Shown here: positions 1-8,899 of the stretch, in pieces
Position numbering within the stretch: the first letter of the stretch is position 1
Layout: each line of letters begins with the position of its first letter
NCBI GenBank assembly: GCA_002437585.1
Contig: DJQM01000064.1
Location: 11,372 to 35,371, forward strand
DNA from: Clostridiales bacterium UBA6386
GTDB lineage: Bacteria > Bacillota > Clostridia > Oscillospirales > Oscillospiraceae
Reading direction: 5' to 3'
Length of the DNA stretch: 24,000 nucleotides
Program-made: the position numbers and the translations under genes
Notes under the pieces: model-generated
Seen by the model: only the letters and a program-made list of their open reading frames with translations
Database searches by the model: none
What the model was told of the DNA's origin: nothing

Positions 1-1625
1 TTCTGAGCATTGCCAGCATGAACCTGCTGGGGGCACTGGCCATCCGGATGATCTACCGCTACTGCTTCAAATGCGGCACGGCGGACACGGCCTACGGCAA
101 ATTCCTCCGGCTGCTGCTGCGCCTTTTTGCCGGGGACGAGCTGATCCACCCCAACCGGGAGGCGGAGCATAAGATCAAAATCGCCATCATCGGCGCGGGT
201 CGGGTGGGGGTGACCCTGGCCGAGGAGCTATTGTCCAACCCTGCCTCCAGCTTCCTGCCCCGGTGCTTCATCGATGTGAGCCAGGAGAAGGCGGGACGGG
301 AAATCCACGGCCTGCCGGTGCTGCTGGAGGATGATACCACGCTGGAGGCTCTTCGCAGTCACGAGGTGCAGGAGGTGGTCTTCGCCATCCCCAATTTGTC
401 CGATGAGAAAAAGCGGGAGCTGTACGCTGCCTATTCCGACGCGGGCTACAAGATCAAGGTCTACGACTACCCCATAATGCAGACCGCCGGGGGCAAGCGA
501 TCTGTCCGGGATTTTGACATTGAGGAGCTGCTCTTCCGCAAGCCCATTGCCATTGCCGACGAGAAAACCGGAGCCTTCTACCGGGACAAGGTGATCCTCA
601 TTACGGGCGGCGGCGGCTCCATCGGCTCGGAGCTGTGCCGTCAGCTGGCGAAAATGGAGCCGAAGCGGATCATCATTCTGGATATCTACGAAAACGGAGC
701 CTATGACATTCAGCAGGAGCTGAAGATCGCCTATGGCGGCAAGCTGGACTTGCAGCTGGAAATCTGCTCCGTCACCCACCGGAAATCCCTGGAGCGGGTA
801 TTCTCGGCTTACCATCCTCAGATCGTCATTCACGCCGCCGCCCACAAGCATGTGCCGCTGATGGAGAAAAACTGCATCGAGGCGGTTTACAATAACGTTT
901 TCGGCACGAAAAATTTGGTGGAGCTGTGCGAGGAGCACGCGGTGGAGCGGTTCATGATGGTATCCACGGACAAGGCGGTGAATCCCACCAACGTGATGGG
1001 TGCCACCAAGCGGATGTGCGAGATGATCGTGGGCAGTGCCAGTACCTGGGGCACCGCCTGCTATAGTGCCACCCGGTTTGGCAATGTCCTGGGTTCCGCA
1101 GGCTCGGTGATTCCGCTCTTTAAGCGGCAGATCGCCAGCGGCGGCCCCATTACCCTCACTGACCGGCGGATCATCCGCTATTTCATGACCATTCCCGAGG
1201 CCTCTCAGCTGGTGCTGGAATCCGGGGCCATGGCGAAAAACGGGGAGCTGTTCGTGCTGGACATGGGTCAGCCGGTGAAAATTCTGGATCTGGCCCAGAG
1301 CATGATCCGCCTGTCCGGGGTCAGCGGCATTGAGATCGTGGAGACCGGCCTGCGGCCGGGCGAAAAGCTCTACGAGGAGCTGCTGGTGAAAACCGAAGAC
1401 CTGGACAAAACGGAAAACAGTCTGATTTTCGTGGAAAAGGACACGCCCCTGCCGAAATCTGAGCTGGAGCGGCGGCTGGCCATTCTGGCGGCGGCCTGCG
1501 CCACCGGCGACGACGAGGCGGTGCGAAGCGCCTTAAAACAGGTGGTGCCCACCTACCGCTCGCCTGAGGAGGTCAACGCCAACGCCGACCAGGCCGCGGA
1601 AATGCAGGAAATGGCCACGGTATAA
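1..1625 (+). CDS. CapD/WbpM/PglF-type membrane-associated NDP-sugar 4,6-dehydratase/epimerase (polysaccharide biosynthesis protein); 5' end cut by window edge
   Basis: The frame is open to the window start (nt 3 onward reads LSIAS before the first Met at 18), so the gene is 5'-partial. Two Rossmann glycine-rich motifs (IAIIGAGRVG, ILITGGGGSIGSEL) and the SDR core MVSTDKAVNPTNVMGATKRMCE are typical of the CapD family. Stop TAA at 1623-1625. Confidence 0.85.
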   Translation, partial: LSIASMNLLGALAIRMIYRYCFKCGTADTAYGKFLRLLLRLFAGDELIHPNREAEHKIKIAIIGAGRVGVTLAEELLSNPASSFLPRCFIDVSQEKAGREIHGLPVLLEDDTTLEALRSHEVQEVVFAIPNLSDEKKRELYAAYSDAGYKIKVYDYPIMQTAGGKRSVRDFDIEELLFRKPIAIADEKTGAFYRDKVILITGGGGSIGSELCRQLAKMEPKRIIILDIYENGAYDIQQELKIAYGGKLDLQLEICSVTHRKSLERVFSAYHPQIVIHAAAHKHVPLMEKNCIEAVYNNVFGTKNLVELCEEHAVERFMMVSTDKAVNPTNVMGATKRMCEMIVGSASTWGTACYSATRFGNVLGSAGSVIPLFKRQIASGGPITLTDRRIIRYFMTIPEASQLVLESGAMAKNGELFVLDMGQPVKILDLAQSMIRLSGVSGIEIVETGLRPGEKLYEELLVKTEDLDKTENSLIFVEKDTPLPKSELERRLAILAAACATGDDEAVRSALKQVVPTYRSPEEVNANADQAAEMQEMATV

Positions 1626-1630
1626 AGTGT

Positions 1631-1669
1631 AAAAAACGTTGCGGTGTGTTCAGCACCGCAACGTTTTTT
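1631..1669. terminator. Bidirectional intrinsic terminator between convergent capD-like and udp genes
   Basis: Perfect 16-bp inverted repeat AAAAAACGTTGCGGTG (1631-1646) / CACCGCAACGTTTTTT (1654-1669) with a 7-nt loop. The A-run and T-run give a U-tract when read from either strand. Confidence 0.8.
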
Positions 1670-1836
1670 AAGGCATTACCAGATTTTTGGATGTACCTGC
1701 TGCGCCGTTTGGTTTCAGGGGCACACTTTCATTCCGTTCCTCGACCAAATGGAGCCGCTGTGTATTGAACGATACGCACGGTGACGTGGGAGGTTGGGGC
1801 TGCTTAGCCCCTCCCGCGCCATGCCGAGGAGGGGGG

Positions 1837-2604
1837 CTATTCTATTGATTTTTCTTTCAGGATCATGGAACGGATGGCTTCAACAGCGGTTCGGATGGCG
1901 TCGGAGGTGTCCCAGCAGGTATTGGTCAGACCGGTGGCATCCTCTCGCTCCCGGTTGCGGCACAGCAGCAGGACGGTGGCAGCCTTCATACGGCGAATCC
2001 CGGCGACCAGGTACAGGGTGTCGCTTTCCATTTCACTGCCAATGGCACCGGCACGTTTCCAGGCTTTCCACTTGGAACGGAGCTCATCCTCGACAGGCAT
2101 GGTCTCCGGAGCGTGCTGACCATAATAGCTGTCCTTACATTCTACGATGCCGTTGGCATAGGGCAGGCCAAGTCGTTTTGCGGCGGCGTTCAGCTCCATG
2201 ACCAGATCAAAATTGGGCACGGCGGGGTATTCTACCGGTACATACTCCAGACCGGTACCGCTTTTGCGAATGGCGCCGGTGGGAATGATCAGGGTGCCTG
2301 GAACCAGACTGGCATCGATACCGCCGCAGGTGCCTACCCGGATCAGAACCTCCGCACCGCATTTTTTCAGCTCCTCCACACCGATGGCAGTGCTGGGGCC
2401 GCCCATACCGGTGGACATGACAGTGACGGTTTCGCCCTCCAGGGTGCCGTTCCAGGTTGTGTACTCCCGGTAGGTCTGCACATAGCGCGGGTTGTCCAAA
2501 AATGCGGCGATTTTTTTCACACGCCCGGGGTCTCCGGGGAGAATGACATAGCGCCCCAGTTGACCGGGAGCGCATTTGATGTGATGCATCAGTTCTTCTT
2601 GCAT
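1837..2604 (-). CDS. udp: Uridine phosphorylase
   Basis: 255 aa. Motifs matching E. coli Udp by eye: LPGDPGRV, REYTTW, STGMGGPSTAIGVEEL, GSEMES. RBS cctcct (2614-2619, complement AGGAGG) lies 9 nt upstream of the ATG at 2604. Stop TAG at 1837-1839. Confidence 0.9.
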   Translation of the reverse strand: MQEELMHHIKCAPGQLGRYVILPGDPGRVKKIAAFLDNPRYVQTYREYTTWNGTLEGETVTVMSTGMGGPSTAIGVEELKKCGAEVLIRVGTCGGIDASLVPGTLIIPTGAIRKSGTGLEYVPVEYPAVPNFDLVMELNAAAKRLGLPYANGIVECKDSYYGQHAPETMPVEDELRSKWKAWKRAGAIGSEMESDTLYLVAGIRRMKAATVLLLCRNREREDATGLTNTCWDTSDAIRTAVEAIRSMILKEKSIE

Positions 2605-2630
2605 AGTATAATTCCTCCTGAAATGTGATT

Positions 2631-3791
2631 TTATATGATTTGGTCGGCAAAACTGTGCCCGGGTGTTTCAAGTGAAACTCCCAGCAGCTGGGCGACGGTG
2701 GCGGCAATGTCACAGAAACCAGATCGGGTTCCAAGGTTGACCGGCTTTATGGCTTGTCCCAGGGCAATCATAGGCACATATTCCCGGGTATGATCCGTGT
2801 GCTTTTGGAAGCGGGGATCGCACCCGTGATCACCGGTGATGATCACCATGTCCTCTGCACCCAGCTTTTCAAGGAACCCGGGCAGCCAGGCGTCAAATTC
2901 CGCCAGTGCCCGGGCGTAGCCGTCTGGATCCCGGCGATGGCCATAGAGCATATCGAAATCCACCAGATTCACAAAGCACAGTCCGTTAAATTCTTTGTCC
3001 GCATAGGCCATTGTCTTTGCAAGACCATCAGTGTTACCGGTGGTGTATACATATTCGGTCATGCCGATACCGGCGAAGATATCATGGATTTTTCCGACGG
3101 AAATGACCTGCTGACCGGAATCGACGATCCGCTGCAGCAGGGTCGGACGGGGAGGCTTCAGAGAAAAATCGTGGCGGTTTGTGGTTCGATGGAAGGGCCA
3201 CTCCCCGGTGAAGGGCCTGGCAATGACCCGGCCTACGCTGTGTTTCCCGGTGAGAAGCCGGCGGGCAACCCGGCAGTATTCATACAGCAGCTCCGGCGGA
3301 ACGATGGATTCGTGGGCGGCAATCTGAAATACCGAATCGGCAGAGGTATAGACGATCAGGTCTCCGGTTTCCATATGCCGCTTCCCGTAATCCCGGATGA
3401 CATCCGTACCGGAGTAGGGGCAGTTGCACAGGACGCCTCTGCCGGTTTGCTGACGGAAGGGAGCCAGGATCTCCGCAGGGAAGCCCTGGGGATAGGTGGG
3501 CAAGGGATTTTCGGAAACGATCCCTGCGATCTCCCAGTGACCGATGGTAGTGTCTTTTCCTTGGGAGAGCTCCTGAAGGCGGGCGAGAGCCGCTTTTGGG
3601 TGAGGGACTTTTGGCAGATAATCGACTCCGTCCAAATTGCCAAGTCCCCAGGAAATCAGATTTGGCATGTGGAATTCTGGCGAGGTGGTGCAGCTTCGCA
3701 GGGTGTTGGCACCAACGTCTCCGAAGACGGGGGCATCTGGCTCCTCGCCGATTCCACAGGAATCCAGTACGATTAGAAAAATGCGCTTCAT
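2631..3791 (-). CDS. deoB: Phosphopentomutase
   Basis: The ORF track runs to 3809, but the second Met (ATG at 3791) is preceded by AGGAGG (complement of 3798-3803) with a 6-nt spacer. That start gives the canonical DeoB N-terminus MKRIFLIVLDSCGIG. Other motifs: VDFDMLYGHRRD, ITGDHGCDP. Located 26 nt upstream of udp on the same strand, so probably an operon. Confidence 0.92.
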   Translation of the reverse strand: MKRIFLIVLDSCGIGEEPDAPVFGDVGANTLRSCTTSPEFHMPNLISWGLGNLDGVDYLPKVPHPKAALARLQELSQGKDTTIGHWEIAGIVSENPLPTYPQGFPAEILAPFRQQTGRGVLCNCPYSGTDVIRDYGKRHMETGDLIVYTSADSVFQIAAHESIVPPELLYEYCRVARRLLTGKHSVGRVIARPFTGEWPFHRTTNRHDFSLKPPRPTLLQRIVDSGQQVISVGKIHDIFAGIGMTEYVYTTGNTDGLAKTMAYADKEFNGLCFVNLVDFDMLYGHRRDPDGYARALAEFDAWLPGFLEKLGAEDMVIITGDHGCDPRFQKHTDHTREYVPMIALGQAIKPVNLGTRSGFCDIAATVAQLLGVSLETPGHSFADQII

Positions 3792-3848
3792 AGCAAACCT
3801 CCTTTTCAAATTAGTCAGAAATTATATTATGAATTTGCAACCTACTCC

Positions 3849-3877
3849 ATTATAGCTGCAGCTAAAAGATATTACAA
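3849..3877 (-). promoter_or_regulatory. Candidate sigma-70-type promoter for deoB-udp
   Basis: On the minus strand: TTGTAA (3877-3872), a 17-nt spacer, then a perfect TATAAT (3854-3849). About 55 nt upstream of the deoB RBS, in an AT-rich divergent intergenic region. Confidence 0.5.
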
Positions 3878-3942
3878 TAGCAAAATGCAAATTTAGCATT
3901 ATGCACAAAATATGACCGCTCTATTTATAAATAATGATATAT

Positions 3943-3970
3943 TGACATTTTTATTTTGACGTGTATGATA
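3943..3970 (+). promoter_or_regulatory. Candidate promoter for the YczE-like gene (and possibly the downstream ABC operon)
   Basis: TTGACA (3943-3948), then a TG-extended -10 region, gTGtATGATA (3961-3970). The spacer is 15-16 nt depending on the hexamer chosen. Confidence 0.45.
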
Positions 3971-4013
3971 AAGCTATGGCTAAAACATATTATGAAAAAT
4001 AAGGGAATGCGCT

Positions 4014-4667
4014 GTGAACAATTCTAAAAAAATACTACAACTTTTTGAAAACATCCTATGGATCGAACTTGGATTGGCGATATCCTCCGCAGGAACGGCA
4101 CTTTTTTACGCCGCAGATCTGGGATCCGGGGCTATGGCGACATTCTCCGATGGACTGCACCTGCTGCTGGGTATTTCCTATGGAAATGCCAATACATTAT
4201 CCAACATAGTGTTGTTGATAGTTCTGCTTTTCCTTCAGAGGTCTTACATCAACGTGGGTACCGTTCTTTGCGTATTTACCATCGGACCATGGGTAAATTT
4301 GTTTACGCCGGTTTTTCAGGCTGCCGGCCTGGCACAGGCGAATATGTGCCTTCGCCTGCTGGGGGCAGCGGGTGGTACCATCTGCATGGGGGTCGGCTTG
4401 GGTCTGTATGTATCCGTAGGCTGTGGGCTTGGTGCCATGGAGGGGATCGTCATGTATTGCAGGGAACGGTTTCACATTTCCGTGGGGGTATCCAAGATCA
4501 TTCAGGATGTGACACTGGTGCTCCCGGGAATCCTGCTGGGAGCCCGCTGGGGTGTTGGAACGATGATTGCCATGTTCTGCACGGGGCCGGTGCTTCAGTT
4601 TTCCACAGCTTTTTTTAAGAACCGGGTATTTTCTGCCCTTTGCCGTCCCTGGGTCGAACAGGTGTGA
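4014..4667 (+). CDS. Uncharacterised multi-pass membrane protein, YczE/YitT-like
   Basis: 217 aa. GTG start with AAGGGA (4001-4006) 7 nt upstream. Mostly hydrophobic segments (about 6 helices). Resemblance to COG2364/YczE-type proteins is by eye only. Stop TGA at 4665-4667. Confidence 0.6.
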   Translation: MNNSKKILQLFENILWIELGLAISSAGTALFYAADLGSGAMATFSDGLHLLLGISYGNANTLSNIVLLIVLLFLQRSYINVGTVLCVFTIGPWVNLFTPVFQAAGLAQANMCLRLLGAAGGTICMGVGLGLYVSVGCGLGAMEGIVMYCRERFHISVGVSKIIQDVTLVLPGILLGARWGVGTMIAMFCTGPVLQFSTAFFKNRVFSALCRPWVEQV

Positions 4668-4965
4668 GCGAGATTTTATCCTGCTGAGCCAATACCGGCG
4701 GGTAAAATAAAGGACAACACGCGCAATTGTGTCTGCGAGCCTCAGCCGTCTTGTTACCCCATTTCTTCAGTTTGAAAAACGGGAACTATAGCGCAGCCGT
4801 TGCCGGCGAAAGCTGGCTTGCGGGTGCGGCATACCCCTTGCGGGTACATACAGTACTCCGACCTTTTCCGAACTTTGAACTGGGATAAAAATCCTGGCTG
4901 AGTCTTCTTGCCAAATTGTACGCGGTGTTGCCAGAGAACAAATATCATCAGGAGGAACGTAAAAA

Positions 4966-6147
4966 ATGAAAAGCAAAAAGATCGTTGCGCTGCTTCTGAC
5001 TGCGGTTATGCTGCTCTCCATGGCAGCCTGCGGACAGAAGACAACCACCGCCACCGCCACTGCCGCCGCTTCTGCCGACGGCACGCCTTCCGGGGAGACT
5101 GCCGCGGACGGTATCGTAGAAGCCTTTGGCAAGAAGGCCGGCGATATCGGGGTTGTGCTGATCCTGAACACCAATCTGGGCGACCATGCGATCTGCGACC
5201 TGTCTAACGCCGGCCTGCAGGAGGCTGCTGCGATGTATGGCTTCCGAGCGAAGGTCGTTGAACTTGGCGGCGATGTTACACTGCAAGTGCCCACCATGCA
5301 GGAGTATGCGGAGGATCCTGACTGGGATATCATTGTCTGCGGTACTTCCAACTTGAAAGAGGCCGTTCAGCAGGTCGCGCAGGAGCATCCGGATCAGAAG
5401 TTTATCCTTTACGACGCACAGGACGAGAAGGGCCTGCCCAATGTTTTCTCCATGGATCACTGCCAGAATGAGGGTGCCTACCTTGCCGGCGTGGCGGCCG
5501 CTCTGCTGACCACCAGTGACGCACCCTTGGCCAATGGGGAAAAGACCGTCGGTTTTGTAGGCGGCGGCGAGAACACCGCGCTGGATGACTATCTGATCGG
5601 CTATATTCAGGGTGTCCATTCCGTAGATGAGGACATCAACATTTTGGTTTCCTGGATCGGCGACTTCAAGGATACTGCTAAGGGCAAGGAGCTGGCCGTG
5701 GCACAGGCAGGTCAGGGCGCGGACGTAATCTTCTCCGTTGCTGGTATTGCCGGTTTGGGTACTCTGGCAGGCTGCGCCGAGAGCAATATCTACTCCATCG
5801 GCGTGGACTCCGACCAGTACACGGTTCTGCTGGAGACCGATCCGACCACCGCTGCCAACATCTGCACTTCCATGTATAAGAAGGCGGACGTGACTGTCAG
5901 CACACTGATTGCCAGGGCTCTTGACGGCACTCTGGAATGGGGCAGCTACGCCAAGTGGGGTCTGCAGGACGGCGTGGTCGGTCTGGCTAACGATAATGAC
6001 AATTATCAGAGCATCTTCTCTGAGGAGCAGAAGCGTTATCTGGATGGCGTGCAGGCGGACGCTACTGCCGGAAAGCTGGAGATTCTGTCCGCTATCGGCA
6101 TGGACAACGATCAGCTGCAGCAGATTCTGGCTACCGCAACCAAGTAA
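4966..6147 (+). CDS. BMP/PnrA/Med-family lipoprotein, substrate-binding component of a nucleoside-type ABC importer (NupN-like)
   Basis: 393 aa. Lipoprotein signal peptide with lipobox LSMAA-C (Cys22), followed by a T/A-rich linker. BMP-family motifs: TVGFVGGGEN, GADVIFSVAG, YSIGVDSDQY. AGGAGG at 4950-4955. Confidence 0.88.
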   Translation: MKSKKIVALLLTAVMLLSMAACGQKTTTATATAAASADGTPSGETAADGIVEAFGKKAGDIGVVLILNTNLGDHAICDLSNAGLQEAAAMYGFRAKVVELGGDVTLQVPTMQEYAEDPDWDIIVCGTSNLKEAVQQVAQEHPDQKFILYDAQDEKGLPNVFSMDHCQNEGAYLAGVAAALLTTSDAPLANGEKTVGFVGGGENTALDDYLIGYIQGVHSVDEDINILVSWIGDFKDTAKGKELAVAQAGQGADVIFSVAGIAGLGTLAGCAESNIYSIGVDSDQYTVLLETDPTTAANICTSMYKKADVTVSTLIARALDGTLEWGSYAKWGLQDGVVGLANDNDNYQSIFSEEQKRYLDGVQADATAGKLEILSAIGMDNDQLQQILATATK

Positions 6148-6159
6148 GGATAACATGGA

Positions 6160-6191
6160 GGGGAACAGAACGCGTCCACGTTCTGTTCCCC
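6160..6191 (+). other. Intra-operon stem-loop between the binding-protein and ATPase genes
   Basis: Perfect 13-bp stem GGGGAACAGAACG (6160-6172) / CGTTCTGTTCCCC (6179-6191) with a 6-nt loop. No U-tract follows, so it looks more like an mRNA-stabilising or partial-attenuation hairpin than a full terminator. Confidence 0.5.
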
Positions 6192-6226
6192 CAGGATGCC
6201 GAAAAAGGAAATGCAGGAGGATGAAT

Positions 6227-7792
6227 ATGAAAGAGAATATCCTCGTTATGGAGAACATCCGGAAGGTATATTCGAATGGATTTATCGCGAATGAAAATGT
6301 AAATCTTGCTGTCAACGAGGGTGAGATCCATGCGCTGGTCGGTGAAAACGGTGCCGGAAAAAGTACGCTGATGAAGGTGCTTTTCGGCGTAGAAAAGCTG
6401 GATGAGGGCAGAATCCTCCTGAACGGACAGGAAGTCCATATCGACAACCCCAATGTGGCAATCCAATTGGGGATCGGCATGGTTTATCAGCATTTTATGC
6501 TGGTACCCAGTCTGACGGTAACGGAGAACCTTGTCATTGGCATGGAGCCCAGAAAAGGCGGGATCTTCTACGACCAGTCCGCCGCTGAAAAGCTGGTCAG
6601 AGAGGCGGCACAGAAATACAATTTCAAATTGGATCCGACGGCTAAGATCCAGGATCTTCCTGTCGGCCAGAAGCAGAAGGTCGAGATTTTGAAGGTGCTG
6701 ATCCGGGGGGCAAAAATCATCATTCTGGATGAGCCTACGGCTGTCCTGACGCCTCAGGAAACGAGGGAACTGTTTGCCGAGCTGAAGGGATTGAAGAGCC
6801 AGGGCTATACCGTGATCTTTATCTCTCACAAGCTGAACGAGGTGACAGAGCTATGCGACCGGGTGACGGTCATGCGGGCGGGAAAGACCATTGGTGTCCG
6901 CAATATTGCTGATGTGACCGAGGGAGATATCTCCCGGATGATGGTCGGCCGGGACATTGTATTGAAAATAGACAAAAAACGGGCGGTACCGGGAGAGGAA
7001 GTTCTCTCAGTGCGGCATGTTACCAAATATATTCTGAATACGAAAAAAATACTTGACGACGTGAGCTTCCGTGTGCGCCGGGGGGAAATCCTGGGTGTGG
7101 CCGGTGTGGAAGGAAATGGCCAGAAAGAGATCAGCGAGATCATCACTGGCCTAGATCGGGTATTCGACGGAGAGGTTCGCGCGACGCCGGAACTGGTGGA
7201 TGTACGGGAGCAGACAATACGGCAGCTGCGGGAGAAGGGTGTAGCCCATATTTCCGAGGACCGTATGACCTATGGAATCGTGGGCGACGGCAGCATTGAG
7301 GACAATATCATTGCCGACCGTTATTATAAGCCGTCCATGAAGAAGGGGCTGCTGCTGAACCAGAAAAAGATCGATGCTCTGGCGGATGAACTGATCCAGG
7401 AGTATAAGGTCAAGTGCGACAACCGGACGCAGCCGATCCGGATGCTGTCTGGCGGTAATATGCAGAAGGTGGTCACTGCCCGGGAATTTACTGCGGGTGC
7501 GTCCCTGATCATTGCCAATCAGCCGACCCGAGGCATTGATATCGGGGCCAGTGACTTCATTCGCCGCCGCCTGGTGGAACTGCGGACCCAGGGAGCTGGC
7601 GTACTGCTGATCAGCGCGGACTTGAATGAGGTGCTGGAGATCAGCGACAGTCTGATCGTGATGCACAACGGACGGATCGCCGCGTATTTTCCGGATGCGT
7701 CCGCGGTGGGTGAAGATGAATTGGGCGAGTACATGCTTGGGGTAAAAACAATGAGCGAGGAAGAAAAACGGGAGGTGGCGGATTATGACTAA
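6227..7792 (+). CDS. ABC transporter ATP-binding protein with duplicated ATPase domains (NupO/RbsA-like)
   Basis: Start chosen at ATG 6227 (AGGAGG at 6215-6220, 6-nt spacer). The ORF-track start at 5909 would overlap the BMP gene. Walker A motifs GENGAGKST and GVEGNGQKE, Walker B IIILDEPT, signature LSGGNMQKV. Confidence 0.9.
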   Translation: MKENILVMENIRKVYSNGFIANENVNLAVNEGEIHALVGENGAGKSTLMKVLFGVEKLDEGRILLNGQEVHIDNPNVAIQLGIGMVYQHFMLVPSLTVTENLVIGMEPRKGGIFYDQSAAEKLVREAAQKYNFKLDPTAKIQDLPVGQKQKVEILKVLIRGAKIIILDEPTAVLTPQETRELFAELKGLKSQGYTVIFISHKLNEVTELCDRVTVMRAGKTIGVRNIADVTEGDISRMMVGRDIVLKIDKKRAVPGEEVLSVRHVTKYILNTKKILDDVSFRVRRGEILGVAGVEGNGQKEISEIITGLDRVFDGEVRATPELVDVREQTIRQLREKGVAHISEDRMTYGIVGDGSIEDNIIADRYYKPSMKKGLLLNQKKIDALADELIQEYKVKCDNRTQPIRMLSGGNMQKVVTAREFTAGASLIIANQPTRGIDIGASDFIRRRLVELRTQGAGVLLISADLNEVLEISDSLIVMHNGRIAAYFPDASAVGEDELGEYMLGVKTMSEEEKREVADYD

Positions 7793-8897
7793 GGCAAAGA
7801 AAATCCGGACCGCAAAAGAAATTGAGCAGATCTTCAATGTGCTGCGGGTGATTGTGGCAATTGCCATTGCACTGTTGTTTGCTTTTGCTGTAATCCTGCT
7901 GGTCAGCGACGACCCGTTGGACTCCATCTCCAAATTTGTGGTCGGTCCTATGACAACGACTCGGCGCTTTGGCGAGGTCATCAGCAAAATGGTGCCGCTG
8001 CTGTTCACCGGCGCGGCAGTGTGCTTCATCTTCTCTGCGAACCAAACCAATATGGCGGTGGAAGGCGGCTTTACGCTGGGTGCTCTGGGAGCAACCATTG
8101 CCGCCGTTTACCTGTCCGTGGGAAATGCGGTGGTGGACGTGACGGTGGCGTGCCTTCTGGGCGGTCTGTTTGGGCTGATTGCCTGTGCGATCCCCGCTAT
8201 TATGTATGTCAGATTCAATTCCAAGCCCATTGTCAGCTCGTTGATGATGAACTATGTGTGCATGTATGTGGCCATCGGCCTAATCAATCATCCCATGCGG
8301 GACAACAGTGCAGGATTCAATGCTTCGAAGACCTTTGCCGCTACGGCTCAGCTGCCGAAGCTGCTGAAGGGCACGGACATCCACCTTGGATTGATCATCG
8401 GCCTGGTGGTGATCCTGTTCAGCTACATTTATCTCTACCGTGCACAGAACGGATACGAGATTCGGGTGGTAGGCAAAAACAGCGATTTTGCCACCTACTG
8501 TGGCATGCCGGTCAACAGCATCCTGATGAAGTCTCAGCTGATCGGCGGCTTCCTGGCTGGCCTGGGCGGCGCGGTAGAGGTGCTGGGTCTGTATTCCCGG
8601 TTCCAGTATTCTGGCAATACGGGTCTGGGCTTCGACGGCATCATGGTTGGCATTATGGCGGCGTATAACCCGAAGCTGGTTCCGTTGGCGGCGTTTTTCT
8701 ATGCCTATGTGAAGGAGGGCGCGGCGATTCTGGCCCGTTCTACGGACATTCCGGTAGAGCTGGTGAGCATTATTCAGGCGATCATTATCATGCTGGTGGT
8801 AGCCGAAAGATTCCTGTATAAGCAGAAGCACAAGCTTATGGTTCGGGCGGCGGAAAAGCAGCTGGAGCTGCAGCAGACTCAGAAGGAGGAGGGTTAA
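7785..8897 (+). CDS. ABC transporter permease (BMP-family system, NupP-like)
   Basis: 370 aa multi-pass membrane protein. The ATG overlaps the ATPase stop by 8 nt. RBS GGAGGTGG at 7771-7778. Confidence 0.85.
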   Translation: MTKAKKIRTAKEIEQIFNVLRVIVAIAIALLFAFAVILLVSDDPLDSISKFVVGPMTTTRRFGEVISKMVPLLFTGAAVCFIFSANQTNMAVEGGFTLGALGATIAAVYLSVGNAVVDVTVACLLGGLFGLIACAIPAIMYVRFNSKPIVSSLMMNYVCMYVAIGLINHPMRDNSAGFNASKTFAATAQLPKLLKGTDIHLGLIIGLVVILFSYIYLYRAQNGYEIRVVGKNSDFATYCGMPVNSILMKSQLIGGFLAGLGGAVEVLGLYSRFQYSGNTGLGFDGIMVGIMAAYNPKLVPLAAFFYAYVKEGAAILARSTDIPVELVSIIQAIIIMLVVAERFLYKQKHKLMVRAAEKQLELQQTQKEEG

Positions 8898-8899
8898 GG

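Noticed and set aside
1786-1835. GC-rich hairpins just downstream of the udp stop (GGGGC-N6-GCCCC, with alternative GGGAGG/CCTCCC and CCCCTCC/GGAGGGG pairings) as the udp terminator
   Set aside because: No U-tract follows on the minus strand. The clean bidirectional terminator at 1631-1669 is a better candidate. Left uncalled.
2754-3776. 340-aa ORF on the + strand
   Set aside because: It lies entirely antisense to the well-supported deoB gene. It has no RBS or recognisable motifs. Such shadow ORFs are typical of GC-rich DNA.
4668-4965. Naming the BMP-operon leader as a purine, ZTP, PRPP or preQ1 riboswitch
   Set aside because: I could not find the conserved cores of those classes as I remember them. 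It is kept only as an unassigned structured leader.
5909-6226. Upstream extension of the ABC ATPase ORF
   Set aside because: It overlaps the BMP gene out of frame and contains the 6160-6191 hairpin. ATG 6227 has a proper AGGAGG RBS.
4948-6480. 510-aa ORF on the - strand
   Set aside because: It is antisense to the BMP lipoprotein gene and the start of the ATPase gene. The sequence is low-complexity and Arg/Ser/Gly-rich, with no motifs. Shadow ORF.
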